Below are positions 62,057 through 64,000 of a DNA stretch of 64,000 nucleotides, in pieces. The DNA comes from Spirochaetaceae bacterium (GTDB taxonomy: Bacteria > Spirochaetota > Spirochaetia > DSM-2461): assembly GCA_051531975.1 (NCBI GenBank), contig JAOPTT010000004.1, positions 1 to 64,000 of the forward strand, given 5' to 3'. Both the position numbers and the translations under genes were made by a program. Position 1 is the first letter of the stretch. Each line of letters opens with the position of its first letter. The notes beneath the pieces were generated by a model. That model had not been told where the DNA came from, searched no databases, and was given only the letters and a program-made list of their open reading frames with translations.

Positions 62057-63745
62057 ATGTTTGATATAAAAATAATAATTATTATCGCTCAAATGTTTAT
62101 TCCTCTCTTTTTCATAATCATTCAGTTTGAAGAATCGGGTTGGACTAAAAAAAATGCAATAAAACTGAATATTGGTGCTAACTTTTCTCAATTTATTGGA
62201 TATCTTATAGTATTATTCAGCTTTAGGTTACAGTATTTTTGGGTCATAGATCTATCAAACTTATTTATTTTAATTAGTTTTTCCTTTGTTCTTGTTTCGA
62301 CACTAAAACTTTTTAATGTGGATATTTCAAAAAAATTATTAATTGGCTGGGTTACGGTCAGTTTTATATTAACTACATTTTCTACAGTTTTCTTAAAGTG
62401 GCATTTTGTTAGCCTTTGTATTATGACTTTTGGTCCAGGAATCCTATTTTTATATTCAATGTTACTTTTTTATCTCAAATTTAATAAGATAAACAGACCT
62501 CTTTTAAAAGTATTTATTTCAGAGTTTATAATAATATCTATATGTCTATTTATTCGTTTTTTCCTCTCAATGTTTTGCTTTAATAAGTATGAAGGTCTAT
62601 TTTCATATTCATGGGTATTTACACTCTATATTATTGGTAATTCTCTATTTATGCTTGTTTGGAACTACACCATTCAGTTAAAAAGAGCTTCCCAGTTTAA
62701 AACTGAAATAGAGGGGAATGTAGATCGATTATATAAGATTCAAGAAGACCTCTCTATATTGAATCATGTATATTATGAAAATAGTATTAGCTGTAGTCTC
62801 ACGGAACTATATTCAAATATATTTGATATTATTTATGACAGGTTTTCTGCTGAAAGAATTATACTTTATTTAGAAGACCAAGGTAACCTTGTTCCAGTTT
62901 ATTATAGAGGGGTAACTTTAGATGAAATTCATAATGTATTAAGTCAAGATGAAGCAGCAATAATTAGAAATGAAGCCTTTTACGATATGAAGGTTTCTGA
63001 AGTTTATGTTGGAAATTTACCAGAAGGTAACCTGAAAAAAATGTTACTTTCTAGAGGTCTTATTGGAGCAGTTTCTTTTCCTCTTTGTACTAGGGGGGTA
63101 GCTATTGGTTCCCTCTCCTTAGGAATATCATCTAATAGTACAATTATAAATAAAGATAGGGAGATCTTTTTATCTATTTGCAGGCAGGTCGCAGGCGTTA
63201 TATATAGTGCAAAGGTTCATAATGAACTGCTTGAAAGTCAGAGTGAATTAAAAAAGATGGCAACTACGGATCAACTAACAGGAATATTTAATAGACAGGG
63301 TTTTTTAAAGCAGTTTAAGGGTGAATTTAGTTCTGCCTTACGGCATAAAGATTTCATAACCCTTTTTATGCTAGATATCATTAATTTAAAAAAAGTAAAT
63401 GATAAATATGGCACTGATATTGGGGATCAAGTTTTAGTAGAAGTTACTGGAATTATAAATAAACAATTCAGAGAAAATGACCTTTTTGCAAGATATGGAG
63501 ATAAGGAATTCGCAGGAGCTCTATTAAAAAGTCATAACAGTGGGGCATTATGTAAACTTCAGAAGATTGTTGATGATGTTTCAAGTTTAAAGCTATATGG
63601 ATATCCCGACTTAAAAATAATAGTTTCATTAGGTTTTTGTCATTTTATTGATAGTTTAAGCAGTGCCGATGAGATGCTTAAAAGAGCATCTCATGCTCTA
63701 ACAGAAGCTAAAAAAATTGGTGACAACAAACTTTCTGAGGGTTAA
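62057..63745 (+). CDS. Membrane (about 7 TM) GAF protein with degenerate GGDEF domain
   Basis: ATTDQLTGIFNR, DIINLK, REND, YGDKEF. Confidence 0.85.
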   Translation: MFDIKIIIIIAQMFIPLFFIIIQFEESGWTKKNAIKLNIGANFSQFIGYLIVLFSFRLQYFWVIDLSNLFILISFSFVLVSTLKLFNVDISKKLLIGWVTVSFILTTFSTVFLKWHFVSLCIMTFGPGILFLYSMLLFYLKFNKINRPLLKVFISEFIIISICLFIRFFLSMFCFNKYEGLFSYSWVFTLYIIGNSLFMLVWNYTIQLKRASQFKTEIEGNVDRLYKIQEDLSILNHVYYENSISCSLTELYSNIFDIIYDRFSAERIILYLEDQGNLVPVYYRGVTLDEIHNVLSQDEAAIIRNEAFYDMKVSEVYVGNLPEGNLKKMLLSRGLIGAVSFPLCTRGVAIGSLSLGISSNSTIINKDREIFLSICRQVAGVIYSAKVHNELLESQSELKKMATTDQLTGIFNRQGFLKQFKGEFSSALRHKDFITLFMLDIINLKKVNDKYGTDIGDQVLVEVTGIINKQFRENDLFARYGDKEFAGALLKSHNSGALCKLQKIVDDVSSLKLYGYPDLKIIVSLGFCHFIDSLSSADEMLKRASHALTEAKKIGDNKLSEG

Positions 63746-63831
63746 AAAAACGCTATCAGTTCTAATCATTCCGTTGTATTATTTATCATCACTAAATTCT
63801 TATGTGAAATAATCTTTTAAAAGGTGGAAAG

Positions 63832-64000
63832 TTGTCTATAACTCATTTTTTAAATAAATATCTGAAAATTAATGTTTCAACCTATCTATTCAGACTGCTT
63901 CCTAAAAGAGAAAAAGAGTATCTAAACCAAATAAAAGTATTAGAGGAAGAGTTATTAACAATAAGAGAGCGATTAAAAATATATATTCAAGACTATATCG
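63832..64000 (+). CDS. 5' end of an unknown CDS running off the window
   Basis: TTG after AAGGTGG; open frame MSITHFLNKYLKINV...IQDYI with no stop. Confidence 0.55.
   Translation, partial: MSITHFLNKYLKINVSTYLFRLLPKREKEYLNQIKVLEEELLTIRERLKIYIQDYI

Noticed and set aside
1..64000. CRISPR arrays, rRNA/tRNA, IS elements, prophage
   Set aside because: No spaced direct repeats, RNA gene signatures, transposase, integrase or phage genes were seen on reading.

Overview
This 64 kb window is AT-rich, gene-dense chromosome, most likely from a free-living Spirochaetales bacterium. That assignment is inferred from the 'FANGQKE' signal peptide on the sugar-binding protein, the many lipoproteins, a spirochaete-type PilZ-like protein, a cyclophilin-FKBP fusion pair and a GAF-GGDEF cyclase. 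It is mostly housekeeping and metabolic DNA: a galactoside ABC transporter (mglBAC) with an SBP/YesM/YesN-like sensing module, a Cd/Zn P1B-ATPase, malQ plus GH13 enzymes, fused purL, a His6-type hisA, a 5'-nucleotidase, an M16 peptidase and nadABC. I found no rRNA, tRNA, CRISPR array, transposase or prophage. The most notable observations are: (1) a tandem pair of barrel/transglutaminase-like/TPR envelope proteins, one with an intact Cys-His pair and one catalytically dead, the intact one missed by the ORF track; (2) a GTDC1/QTMAN-like (DUF3524) glycosyltransferase co-transcribed with a nucleoside:H+ symporter; (3) a GC-rich multi-stem RNA leader upstream of a YchJ/SEC-C gene; (4) a complete NadQ regulon with its operator; (5) a duplicated sigma54-hsp20/lipoprotein cassette with a decayed hsp20 copy; (6) an RBS-occluding hairpin with a promoter inside it at hisA; and (7) several apparently leaderless genes. 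All family calls come from motif recognition by eye; no database search was run.
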